From NCBI RefSeq assembly GCF_004010195.1, contig NC_057756.1, positions 5,570,167 to 5,634,166 of the forward strand: DNA of 64,000 nt, given 5' to 3'. Source of the stretch: Chiloscyllium plagiosum. Taxonomy: Eukaryota. A model generated the notes under the pieces. That model was not told the origin of the DNA and searched no databases. It was given only the letters and a program-made list of their open reading frames with translations. The position numbers were made by a program, and so were the translations under genes. Shown piece after piece: positions 35,880-48,600 of the stretch. The first letter of the stretch is position 1. Each line of letters starts with the position of its first letter.

Positions 35880-38290
35880 GATCATAAGACATTGGAGCAG
35901 AAATTAGGCCATTCAGCCCATGATGTCTGCTCCACCATTCAATCATGGCTGATATATTTCTCAACCCCATTCTCCCCATTTCTCTCCATTAACTCTTGAT
36001 TCCCTTGATAATCAAGAACCTATTTATCTGTGTCTGAAATATATTCAATAATCTGGCCTCCACAGCCTTCTATGGAGTGAATTTCACAGATTCACCTCTC
36101 TCTGGCCAAAGAAGCTTCTCCTTATCTCCGTTCTAATGGATCTTCCCTTTACTCGAAGGCTGTGCCTTCGGGTCCTAGTCTCCCCTACCAGCCATTCGGC
36201 CCATTGAGTCTGCTCTGCCATTCAATCATGCCTGATACGTTCCTCAAGGGTAGAGTGTGCCCTTCATCAGGAATGCCCGAAACGTTGACTCTCCTTCTCC
36301 TCGGATGCCGCCTGACCTGCTGTGCTTTTCCAGCACCACACTCTCGACTCTAATCTCCAGCATCTGCAGTCCTTACTTTCACCTGAAAAGTTTCTCAACC
36401 CCATTCTCCCCCTTTCTCTCCATTAACTCTTGATTCCCTTGATAATCAAGAACCTATTTATCTGTGTCTGAAATATATTCAATAATCTGGCCTCCACAGC
36501 CTTCTATGGAGTGAATTTCACAGATTCACCTCTCTCTGGCCAAAGAAGCTTCTCCTTATCTCCGTTCTAATGGATCTTCCCTTTACTCGAAGGCTGTGCC
36601 TTCGGGTCCTAGTCTCCCCTACCAATGGAAACATCTTTCCAACACCCACTTTGTCCAGGCTATTCAGTATTCTAAGTTGCTATTAGATGATCTCTCATCC
36701 TTCTAAACTCTACTGAGTATAGACCCAGAGTCCTCAACATCCTCACATGTTAAGTTTTTCATTCCTGGGACCATTCTCGTGAATCTACACTGAACATGCT
36801 CCAAGGCCAGTACATCCTTCCTGAGATGTGGGGCGCAACATTGCACAATATAACAAATGTGGTCTGACCAGAGTCTCAGAGGTACATCCCTGCTTTTGTA
36901 TTCAAGTCTTCTCAAAATGAATGCCATCATTACATTTGACTTCCTAACTACTGACTCAACCTGTGACAGAATCCTGGACTAAAACTCCCAAGTCTCTTTG
37001 CACTTCAGATTTCTGAATTTTCTCCCAATTTAGAATAGTCCATGCGTCTATCCTTCCTACCAAAGTGCATGACCTCACACTTTCCCACATTGTCCAAATC
37101 TTTCTACATCCTCCCCGCCTCTTCAATGCTACCTGTTCCCCTACCTGCTTTGTATTATCTACAAACTTAGCCAGAATGCCCCCAGTTTCTTCATCGTTAA
37201 TATATAAAATGAAAAATTGTGATCCCAACACTGAGCCTTGCAGAACACCACTTGTCACCAGCTGCCATCTTCAGAAAGAACCGTTTATCTACACTCTCCA
37301 CTTTCTGCCAGCCAGCCAAGTTTTTATCCATGCTAGCACCTTGCCTCCAGCAGCCTCCTGTGTAGCACGTTGTCAAAGGCTTGCTTGAAGTCCAGAGAGA
37401 TAACATCCATTGGCTCCCCTTCGTCTAACCTGCTCATTACTTCTTCAAAATATTCTAGCAGATTTGTCAAGCATAACCTCCCCTTGATGAAACCATGCTG
37501 ACTTTGCCCTATTTTACCATACACCTCCAAGCATTCAGAAATCTCATCCTTCTCAATTGATTCCAGAATTTTACACATGACCAAGGTTAGGCTAGTCAGT
37601 CTGTAATTTTTCAGTCGTCTGGGACCCTCCCTGACTCAAGCAATTCCTGAAAGATTGCGCTAATGTCTCCACTATCTCTTCAGCTATCTCCCTTCAGAAC
37701 TCTGGGGTGTAGTCCATCTGGTCCAGGTTATTTATCCATCTTTAGGTCATTCAGCACCTTGTCCTTAGTGATGGCCACCAAATTCAGCTCTGGCCTCTCA
37801 CTCTCCTGAATGTTTGGGATATTATGCGTGTCTTCCGCCATGGAGACTGACACGAAGTAATTATTCAGCTCCTCAGCCATTTCCTTGTTTACTACTATCT
37901 CTTCAATGTAATTTTTCCAGCTGTCCAATGTCCACTTTTGCCTTTTACATATTTAAAGAAACTCTCACAGTCTTCATTTATATTACTGACTAGCTCATCC
38001 TCATACTTAATCTTCTCCCTTCTCTAATTTTGGTACCCTCTGTAGGTCTTTGTAAGCTTCCCAACCCTCTGGTCTCCCACTGCCCTTCGCTACATTGTAC
38101 GCTTTCTCTTTTGCTTTTATGCTATCTCTGACTTCCCTCATCAGCCACTGTTGCTTCATCCTCCCTGCACCTTGCTTCTTTTTCCTCAGGATGAATCTCT
38201 GCTGTGTCTCCTGAACACCACCCTGAAACTCCTGCCATTGCTTTTCCATTTTCTTTCCTGCTCAGCTCCTCTCCCAGTCAATTCAACCCT
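35880..38290 (-). mobile_element. CR1 LINE with an internal tandem duplication and a PLE-derived insert
   Basis: QSQHGFIKGRLCLTNLLEYFEEV, SGVLQGSVLG, AKFVD motifs. Confidence 0.9.
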
Positions 38291-38351
38291 GCTCCTCCCC
38301 CCATTGCCCCACCCCTACGTCAACTCTTTAAGCTTTTATGATCCCTGCTGA

Positions 38352-39402
38352 TGTTACAATTGGACACATGAGATCGCAGGCTGAAACTTGGTTTGACAGA
38401 TCACATTTCACTGTTCTTTTTGTTTTATAAGGTGGTCCTCGGAGACACAAATACACAATATTGCAGATTTGGGTTTAACAAGTTTATTACACTGAAGAAC
38501 TGAAGATAAAATTGAATGAATCAAACTATTTGTACATAGCACATGTTTAGAGATTCTGAAACACAATAAATATGGTGAAAGCATAATCCCATTAATCCCC
38601 CAAATAATACTTTACAGAACCCAGGAACATTTCTTCATAAACACATCTAGAATGTTCCCCCAGAAAGCCAAATCATGGAATTTTACAGCATATGAGGCTA
38701 TTCAATCCAAAATGTTTGTACAGGCTACCCAGCTAGTCTCCAGCTTTATCAAATTCATTCGATATTTTTCTCGCTCATAAAACTTCCCAATGTAAACAAA
38801 AACTCATTAGTTCTTCAAGATTCTCTCTCCAAAATTACTTTTATTACTGTGGCAAGAACATTCACAAGTTAATAATTTCCAACACTAAAATGGGATGCAA
38901 TTACTTCAAAATTTAAAAATTGAATTTAAAATGTGACATTAAAATATATACAACTCACATCACGAGGCTTCTAAATAACTGACTCCTTAGTTTCAGTTGC
39001 CGCGGACTGTGGACACAATTCAAGGAGTCTCTCCAAATCTGCCCACATGAACTTTTACTCACGTATGAGAGAAGGAACTATTGGTCTCCGAACTCAATAC
39101 TGGCGCATGTTGAACTGAATTTTTAAAAAGAGACAACTTATTACGAAATAAATTTTTTAAAATTGCTGATCGCAGATTCAACTGAACTAAAAACAAACTT
39201 AATTGTCTAACATGGTTATCCTCTCTGTCATAAAACATCTTATTTCATTAACACTCCAGGGGTTTGCAGTCATCCACAATTTGATTAGGTCACTGTTCTA
39301 GAAGGAGTCTAAATATTTTTACCTTATGAAAACACCCACAAACAGCACCATCACACACATTTTAAAATCTAATTAATATATGCAATTATGAATGTTTCAT
39401 CA
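38352..39402 (-). mobile_element. Possible solo LTR (different family)
   Basis: AT-rich ~1.05 kb block with tgatg...gtaaca ends on the minus strand and aataaa about 130 bp from the 3' end; no clear TSD. Confidence 0.35.
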
Positions 39403-39435
39403 GAGCAGCAGCTTGGGAATGAATACAAATCTTAT

Positions 39436-41085
39436 GGAGTCATAGAGATGTACAGCATGGAAACAGACCCTTCGGTCCAACCCGTCCATGCCGACCAAAT
39501 ATTCCAACCCAATCTAGTCCCACCTGCCAGCATCTGGCCCATATCCCTCTAAACCCTCCCTATTCATATACCCATCCAGTTGCCTCTTAAATGTTGCAAT
39601 TGTACCAGCCTCCACCACATCCTCTGGCAGCTCATTCCATACACGTACCACCTTCTGTGTGAAAAAGTTGCCCCTTAGGTCTCTTTTATATCTTTCCCCT
39701 CTCACCCTAAACCTATGCCCTCTAGTTCTGGACTCTGACCCCAGGGAAAAGACTTTGCCTATTTACCCTATCCATGCCCCTCATAATTTTGTAAGGGGTC
39801 TCCCTCTATAAGGTCACCCCTCAGCCTCTGACGTTCCAGAGAAAACAGCCCCAGCCTGTTCACCCTCTCCCTATAGCTCAAATCCTCCAACCCTGGCAAC
39901 ATCCTTGTAAATCTTTTCTGAACCTTTTCAAGTTTCACAACATCTTTCCGAAAGGAAAGAGACCAGAATTGCACGCAATATTCCAACAGTGGCCTAACCA
40001 ATGTCCTGTACAACTGCAACATGACCTCCAAACTCCTGTACTCAATACTCTGACCAATAAAGAAAAGCATACCAAATGCCTTCTTCGCTATCCTATCTAC
40101 CTGCGTCTCCACTTTCAAGGAGCTATGAACCTGCACTCCAAGGTCTCTTTGTTCAGCAACACTCCCTAGGACCTTACCATTAAGTGTATAAGTCCTGCTA
40201 TGATTTGCTTTCCCAAAATGCAGCACCTCGCACTTATCTGAATTAAACTACATCTGCCACTTCTCAGCCCATTGGCCCATCTGATCAACATCCCATTGTA
40301 ATCTGAGGTAACCCTCTTCACTATCCACTACACTTCCAATTTTGGTGTCATCTGCAAACTTACTGTGTCTCTTATGCTTGCATTCAAATCATTTATGTAA
40401 ATGACAAAAAGTAGAGGACCCAGCATCGATCCTTGTGGCACTCCACTGGTCACAGGCCTCCAGTCTGAAAAATAACCCTCCATCACCACCCTCTGTCTTC
40501 TACCTTTGATCCAGTTCTGTATCCAAATGGCTAGTTCTCCCTGTATTCCATGAGATCTAACCTTACTAATCAGTCACCCATGGGGAACGTTGTCGAATGC
40601 CTTACTGAAGTCCATATAGATCACATCTACTGCTCTGCCCTCATCAATCCTCTTTGTCACTTCCTCAAAACACTCAATCAAGTTTGTGAGACATGATTTC
40701 CCATGCACAAAGCCATGTTGACTATCCCTAATCAGTCCTTGCCTTTCCAAATACATGTGCATCCTGTCCCTCAGGATTCCCTCTGACAACTTGCCCACCA
40801 CCGAGGTCAGGCTCACTGGTCTATAGTTCCCTGGCTTGACCTTACCATCTTTCTTAAACAGTGGCGCCATGTTAGCCAACCTCCAGTCTTCCAGCACCTC
40901 ACCTGTGACTATCGATGATACAAATATCTCAGCAAGAGGCCCAGAAATCACTTCTCTAGCTTCTCACAGAGTTCTAGGGTACACCTGATTGGGTCCTGGG
41001 GATTTATCCACCTTTACCCATTTCAAGACATCCAGCACTTCCTCCTCTGTAATATGGAAATTTTGCAAGATTGTCACCATCTATC
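39436..41085 (-). mobile_element. CR1/HER1-like LINE, 5'-truncated
   Basis: [50 protein letters not shown]. Confidence 0.95.
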
Positions 41086-42160
41086 CTTTGAAATATTTGG
41101 ATGTGTGGCAAATCAATAGAGTATCAACGGTATAGAATAAAAATAATAAATTAACATAGAGGAAACTACCCTACCCAGGGTGCAACTACAGACAGAATCA
41201 GAAGAGAGGCTTGGTGTTTAATGAACATAGAACTATATGGCAATATCTTCAGAAAGAACAATGACAAGACTTAAAGCGGAACACTTTTTCACCCGGATAC
41301 AGCTGAATCGATTTACATAAACTTAGTTTAGGTGTTGACTGTCCCTTTCAGTGTAGCAATCAAATTTAAATCTAGCCTCCAGAGAAGTAACAAGGAATTA
41401 TGTTGATGCACAGAAAACATGACACCAGTGCTCACAGCTGTGAAAGAAATGTAGTTTAATTTGAAAATGCAATTGATGCTCAACCAATGTTCAAGAAGTT
41501 GAATTCCATCTAGGACAAAGCAATCCATTTGATTGCACATGTAACCACTCCCCTCCATGCTCAGTACCTACAGTACCTACTACCTATGAAGTGCAGAAAT
41601 TCCCTAGACGACACCTTCCAAACCCACGACCACTACCATCTAGAAGGAAAAGGACAACAGATACATGGGAACACCACCACCTGCACGTTTCCCTCCAAGC
41701 ACTCACTACCCTGACTTGGAAATATATTGATGTCCTTTCAGTGCTGCTGGGTAAAAATCCTGGAACTCGCTCTTTGCCAGCATTGTGGGTATACCTATAC
41801 AAAATGGACTGCAGCAGTTCAGAAAGGTAGTTCACCACAACCTTCAGGTCAAAGACAGGGGCAATAAATGCTGGCCATGCAGCGACGTCCATGTCCCATG
41901 AATGAAATAAGCAAAACATTAGTCACGTTTGGCGATTCTTTTTCAACTAGATCTAGTTGAATAACTAGGCTTCTATCAGTTCTCCTATTGCAGTGCTCAC
42001 AATAAATTAGTGAGGTAAATAACAAGAATATTTGATTGTTTAAGTTATTTTTTCCATTTATCCATCCATATGATGTTGCCATAACTAGTAAAACAGCATT
42101 TATTGTCAAACCCGAAGTTAAGCTACCTTTATTAAGTGCTACAGTCTGATGTAGTTTTGG

Positions 42161-42475
42161 CGGCATGGTGGCTCAGTGGTTAGCACTGCTGCCTCACAGC
42201 GCCAGGAACCTGGGCTCAATTCCAGTCTTGGGCAACTGTCTGTGTGGAGGTTGCACATTCTCCCCGTGTCTGTGTGGGTTTCCTCCGGGTGCTCCGGTTT
42301 CCTCCCACAGTCCAAAGATGTGCAGGTTAGGTGAATTTGTCATGCCAAATTGCCCGTAGATTTAGGTGCATTAATTAGGGGGAATGGGTCTGGGTGGGTT
42401 ACTCTTCGGAGGGTCAATGTGGACAAGTTGGGCCGAAGGGCCTGTTTCCACACTGTAGGGAATCTAATCTAATCT
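42161..42475 (+). mobile_element. HE1-type V-SINE
   Basis: tggctcagtggttag A box, V-domain, aatctaatctaatct tail. Confidence 0.9.
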
Positions 42476-42559
42476 ACACTCCAAAGTACTTTTTGGAAGG
42501 AAGTTCCAGGATCATGGCCTAAAGACAGCTGAATGGAGGAGTTGGGGATGTCAATCAGA

Positions 42560-42762
42560 GTAAGAAGTCAAGTCTTAGTGGACCATAGAGCTGTTCTCTC
42601 ATTCGAGAGAAACAACTGGTGGTGATTTAAGGTTAGGGCCACCACATCTCTGGCGATGGGAGAGGTTGAGAAGGAGAGTCCTTCATGGTAAACTCAGTGG
42701 TGCTGGAATTGAACCCACACTATTGCAAACCAACCGTCCAGCCAGCTGAGTTAAACTGACCT
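42560..42762 (-). mobile_element. tRNA-derived SINE (different family)
   Basis: Minus strand ggtcagtttaactcagctggctgg...gtgggttcaattcc contains A/B-box-like elements. Confidence 0.55.
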
Positions 42763-43469
42763 CCAGTGTAAGAAACAGGGTCATATGACTAATTTTCATT
42801 GTCCCTACAGATTCATCATTGAATACTCTTAAATAATAATTTGTCCTTTGCTGGGACAAAATGTGAAGGTCGCTGAATAAAAGACAGATCTTGTTGAAGT
42901 TTCTCATCCTGCACGAGTCAGGACAGTATCAGTTCAAAGGATAACCAACTTGTATATTGCATGAGGGAGGATGCGGATTTATTGGCAGATTGGTAAAGGC
43001 ATTGCCATGTAGAACGCACTAATTAGTGGTCAGGCTTTGTTTAAATTTTAAACTAAGCAGCTTGACTTTGATGGGCCAGGAAAGTGCCCCAAAAGTGAAC
43101 CAGCAACTGCTGTCACTTATTTTGAATTGAAACAGGCACGGTGAGGACACTTGTTCTTTCTGCCTACAAAGAACAGGGCCCTGTTGTCTAATATACTAAG
43201 AATCCAGAATGCACTGTGAGCCCGACCTACAATTCTAAATTGGCATAATTGTCAGTGTAATTCTTTGCACAGTCAGGATTATTCAATTGTCATCCATAAG
43301 ATGTAGGAGCAGAAGTTGGGCATTCAGCCCATCGGATCAACTCTACCTTTCAGTGAGATCATGGCTGATCTGATAATACTCAACTTCACTTTCCTGCCTT
43401 TTCCCTATAACTCTTGTTTCCCATACTGATTAAAAAGCTGTCTATTTCAGCCTTGAACACACTTGGACC

Positions 43470-43608
43470 CAATGTTCCCTCTAAGCTTTGTGCGCAGCGA
43501 TCAACATCAGCAAGCCAATCCGAGCATTAACTGGCAGTGCCAGAAGTTACTGTTGCACATAGACCTCAGTGGCCTGTACAGCCAATAAGAAAATTTGAGG
43601 GAATGCTG
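43470..43608. mobile_element. Small hAT-like MITE
   Basis: Imperfect TIRs caatgttccctc / gagggaatgctg with 8-bp flanks cttggacc / cttgaaca. Confidence 0.55.
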
Positions 43609-44074
43609 CTTGAACACTCAGCATTTGGCAAGCTGTTCAGGTGCGATCAGTATCTTGCTTGTTGCAGCTGTTTGACTACTGTAGGTTTGCTATTGAACTT
43701 GACTTTCGATTCCTGAACCCTTCTGTTTGGTCGTACAATAAGTCTGAAATGATTAGCGTTTTTTGTGCAGCTAAACAATGGGATAACTGAAAACTTTGGT
43801 CCATAAATGATATAACCACAAACTGAACAACCTGTCAATAATTCTCTTTCGCTTGCAGGCCACTATCTCAGGGTAAACAGGACTGCTGAAAACCCCAGTA
43901 TCCTATCTGTCCCAAGCTAGGCTCTTAATGCATCTCCTTTCTATCTTGTCTCACCTGCAGAATATTGGCAGACTCCATGTGTGTCTGCTTGCCTCACCGT
44001 GTATCTATTAACATGAAACAGGCTATTTTGATATTATCCAAACAAAATTCCAATCCTCCGAACCAGTAAATTTA

Positions 44075-44392
44075 AACTAATCTAATCCTCTGATGTATGT
44101 ATCCCATTCTTTATCAAATCCTATGTTTTCTGACCCAAGTGGTCTTCCTATGTTGTGGTTCTGTTCGCTGAGCTGGGAATTTGTGTTGCAGATGGAACTG
44201 ACAACTGGAAGTGGCAGATACAAATCACTATAAATGCTGGAGGAAACATCACAGAAGCGCTTCACACAGGAGGCTCCCAAGCACTGAGGATGTCACCTGG
44301 ACAGGGGACGAAACGTCTGCAACATAAATTCCCAGCTCGGCGAACAGAACCACAACAACGAGCACCCGAGCTACAAATCTTCTCCCAAACTT
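44075..44392 (+). mobile_element. Penelope-type terminal fragment (partly inverted) with an intact hammerhead core at 44281-44320
   Basis: gca-CTGAGGA-tGTCaCCT ggac AGGgGAC-GAAA-CGTC-tgc; ends gagctacaaatcttctc like the 32520 and 57005 termini. Confidence 0.7.
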
Positions 44393-45161
44393 TGATCTTC
44401 CTAATCCCAGAGTTTCTTAGTTACGTCTCAAATTCTCTCCAGATCTTAACAGAAACAGCCTCCCTCGTTCCTGCAAGTCAAGCTCTTGTTTTGTTGCAAC
44501 TCTCCATTTATACACCAAACCCATCCCTTTACTACACCATTAATTACTGTGCCTTTAGCTAATTTGGGTACTAATTCTGTATTCCCAGCCATCTTTCCTC
44601 CTTTTAAGATTCTCTTTAAAAGCTATCTTGTCAATGAAATTGTTGGTCATCTTTCCTAATATTTCCTCCCTTCAAATTCATTGCTTCTTTTCACATACCT
44701 GTGGAGGACCTCAGGGGACTTTTCTACACAAAGAGCACAATGTGAATGCAACTATTTCTCCATTTTCCTTTTGTTTTGCACTCCTTCATACTTCCCTGTT
44801 CTTGTCTCCTGCGTAGTTGTATCACTTGGTGTTATCAACTAATCAGAACAAAGTTATATGGTTTTGGTAACAACTAAAATGATCACTGTAGTTTTCAAAA
44901 CAACAGTAGAACAACCAGACAAAATGAAACTAGTGCATGTATTCCCTGTTCAGCTGCAAACTTTACTTTCTTTTAAGTTGGGGAAACTTAATTAGCAATG
45001 GTGTATTCTTTCTTAGCTCAGTATCTCCAAACTGTAAGTGAATTTTCATTGTCTTCCACAGAGCCTGATGCAAGATTGGCATGGATATTCACAGAAGTGA
45101 TGATTAAAGGTGGGGGTTGGGGAATCTCTGTAGTTGCGTCACCTCTGACCTTCTGTTATAT

Positions 45162-45661
45162 NNNNNNNNNNNNNNNNNNNNNNNNNNNNNNNNNNNNNNN
45201 NNNNNNNNNNNNNNNNNNNNNNNNNNNNNNNNNNNNNNNNNNNNNNNNNNNNNNNNNNNNNNNNNNNNNNNNNNNNNNNNNNNNNNNNNNNNNNNNNNNN
45301 NNNNNNNNNNNNNNNNNNNNNNNNNNNNNNNNNNNNNNNNNNNNNNNNNNNNNNNNNNNNNNNNNNNNNNNNNNNNNNNNNNNNNNNNNNNNNNNNNNNN
45401 NNNNNNNNNNNNNNNNNNNNNNNNNNNNNNNNNNNNNNNNNNNNNNNNNNNNNNNNNNNNNNNNNNNNNNNNNNNNNNNNNNNNNNNNNNNNNNNNNNNN
45501 NNNNNNNNNNNNNNNNNNNNNNNNNNNNNNNNNNNNNNNNNNNNNNNNNNNNNNNNNNNNNNNNNNNNNNNNNNNNNNNNNNNNNNNNNNNNNNNNNNNN
45601 NNNNNNNNNNNNNNNNNNNNNNNNNNNNNNNNNNNNNNNNNNNNNNNNNNNNNNNNNNNNN
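45162..45661. other. Assembly gap (500 N)
   Basis: Run of N. Confidence 1.
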
Positions 45662-48600
45662 TAACACAGTGGGGTGTGAGGAAAACCCGAGCACTGAGTG
45701 GGGTGTGAGGAAACCCGGGTAACACATTGGGGTGTGAGGAAAACCCGGGTAACACAGTGGGGTGTGAGGAAACCCGAGCACCTGAGTGGGGAATGAGGTA
45801 AACAGAGTACAAAAGCAGACGGAGTGAGAAACCTGAGTACTGGAGTGGTGCATTAGGAAACCGAACGCTGGAGCGCAAAGAGAGGAAGCCCAAGTGCTGG
45901 TGTGGAGTATCAGTAAATCTGACTCCAGGACCAGAGTGTGAGAAAACTGAAGCACTGAGGCAACCTGAGTGGGGTCTGAGGAAACCAGAGTACCAGAGCA
46001 GAGTGTGAGGAAACCTGCAACCAACTCAGGTTTCTGTTTCACAGTTAAATGTTACTTGTTTTCAGTTTCTCAGCACACTGAGACTGCTAGCAAGTCATAC
46101 GTCAGGTACTTGTAAGCTGTCAGTGCAAAATAGTATTCACACTCTTAAAGACACTGGATATGCCTTCAACTTCATAACGGGAGTGAGAAGGCAACCCGAG
46201 TACCAGAGCATGGGTGAGGGAGAATAATGAATGCTGGAGCGGACTTAGTAACCGGAGTACCGGGCTGTCATGTGAAGAATCTGGAGTACTATAGCAGAGT
46301 GTGAGGTGAACCAAGTACAGGAGGTGGTGCATTTTGAAACCCGAGTACCGGAGTCGTGTGTTTGATACACGAGTGCCAGAACGGGGCCAGGAGAAAACCA
46401 AAGTACTGGAGAGGAGCAGGGGGGGCAACCCCAAGTACTGAAGCTGTGTGTTGAGTTAACCCAAGTTCTGGAGCGGAGTGATAAGAAACTCGGGTACTGG
46501 AGCGGGCAAAGGAGAATCGCAAGTGCCAGAGCAATGCGTGATGAATCCAGAGTGCTGGGGCGGAGTGGAGTCGGGGAAAACCCAGAGTACCGGAGCAGTG
46601 TGTGAGGTAACCCAAGTGCCGAGCAAGGGACACACTCAGAGTACCAGAGCAAGGCGAGGGAAATCCTCAGTATTGCAGTGCAGCAAAGGGGCAACGCAAG
46701 AACCGGAGCACGGTGAGGGTAAATCCCGAGTACCAGAGCGGTCGAAGGGGCAAGCACGTACTGGAGCTGCGCGACGGGGAAGCCCAAGTACTGGAGTTTA
46801 GATTGGGGGAAACCTGCGTGTCAGAGCAGGGGCAAGGGGGTCCCCAGAGTACCGGAGGGGTGGCTGAGGTAACCCAAGTACTGGACCTGTGCCAGGGGAA
46901 CACCCCAAGTAGCAGAGTGGTGTAAGGCAATCCGGGTGCAGGTGCGGAGTGAGGGGAACATCTCGAGTACCAGAGCTGGTCGGGGTAGCAACACAAGTAC
47001 CGAAGCAGAGTGAAGGGAACTCATGCGGAGCAGAGCGAGAGGGCAGTCTCCAGTATGAGAGCGGTTCGAAGGGACAATACAAGTACCACAGTAGGGCAAG
47101 GGGAAATCCCGAGTACCAGAGTGAAGCGAGAGGGCAACCCTGAGTACAGGCGCAGTTTGTGAGGTAACCCAAACTTGGGGCGATGGAGAAACACCATCCA
47201 CAGCAGAGTCAGAGGATCACCCCGACTACTGGAGTGGTGTGTTAGGAAATCCCGAGTACAAGTGTGGGGCGACGGGGAAACAGAAATACTGAAGCTAGTT
47301 GAGGAGGAAACCAGATTACCGGAGCGGGGATGGGAAGTACCAAGTGTCAGAGCTGGACGAGGATGAAACCTGAGTACCGGACTGTTGAGTGAGGAAATCC
47401 TGAGTACTGGAGCAGAGTGTGAGGAAACCCACGTAATGGTGTGGAATCTGAGGAAACTGAGTAATGGAGCGGAATGTGAAGGATCCTTCGTGCCAGAGTG
47501 AAATGTGAGGAAAGCAGAGTACCGAAGAGATGTGGGAGGAAAATCAAGTTCTGGACTGACAAGTGCGGAAACCTGAGTAACATTGAGGAGTGTGAAGAAA
47601 ACACATGCATGTGAGTGGAGTGTGAGGAAACATGAACACTTTTTTTATTTCAAATATATACTTTATTCATAAAATATTTTGTTGATCTGTACAATTGATC
47701 ATGCCATACATCCGTAAACATTTCATTTCTTGGTATACAGAGACCGAGTAATCATTCATACATACAGGTCTGTACGATTACATATTTAGCTGAGGCGTCA
47801 GCGGAGCCCAAATGACTGCATGGGCACCCTGTTCTTAGGCAGGCAGATGTTACACGGTGGTCTTTCCCCACCGTGCCTTGGCGGCAGCTGCCCCAAGCTT
47901 CAGGGCGTCCCTCAACACGTACTCCTGGACCTTAGAATGTGCCAGTCTGCAACACTCAGTCGGGGTCAACTCCTTCAGCTGGAAGATCAACAGGTTTCGG
48001 ACTACCCAGAGAGCGTCCTTCACTGAGTTGATGATCTTCCAGGCACAGTTGATATTCGTCTCGATGTAACACATGGCTTGGCTGGTGGTGAGAAGGGCTG
48101 TGCCTGTGAGATCGTTTATGGGCTTCTGGGCTGTCATTCGCACCACACACTGCCCTCGAAGCGGCTGCGGGGTGGATGAGATGGTCACACACCTCCTTCT
48201 AGAATATGCCTATGCAGAAGGAGTCTGGAGAGGAATGCAGTGGTGTTTCTCGAGGTTCGTCCCGAGTAGCGCCGTGACGCAGGACTCCGGGCTGTATGGT
48301 CTGTGAGGAAACATGAGCACCTGAGCATAGGTGGAGTAAACCCACATATAGTGCTGCGAAATGTGAGGAAATCAGAGTTCTGGACTGGAAAGTGAGGAAA
48401 CCCAACTAACAGCATGTGAGTAAATCCGAGCACCTGAGCAGAGTGTGAGGAAACCTGAGTAAGAGTAGTTTTTGAGGAAAGCCGAGTACCAAAGCGGAAT
48501 TTGAGGAAAGCCGAGTACTGGAATGGAATGTGACAAAACCCAGGGATTGGAGCAGAAGTTGAGGAAACTGTCCTGGAGCAGAACGTAAGCAAACCCGGAA

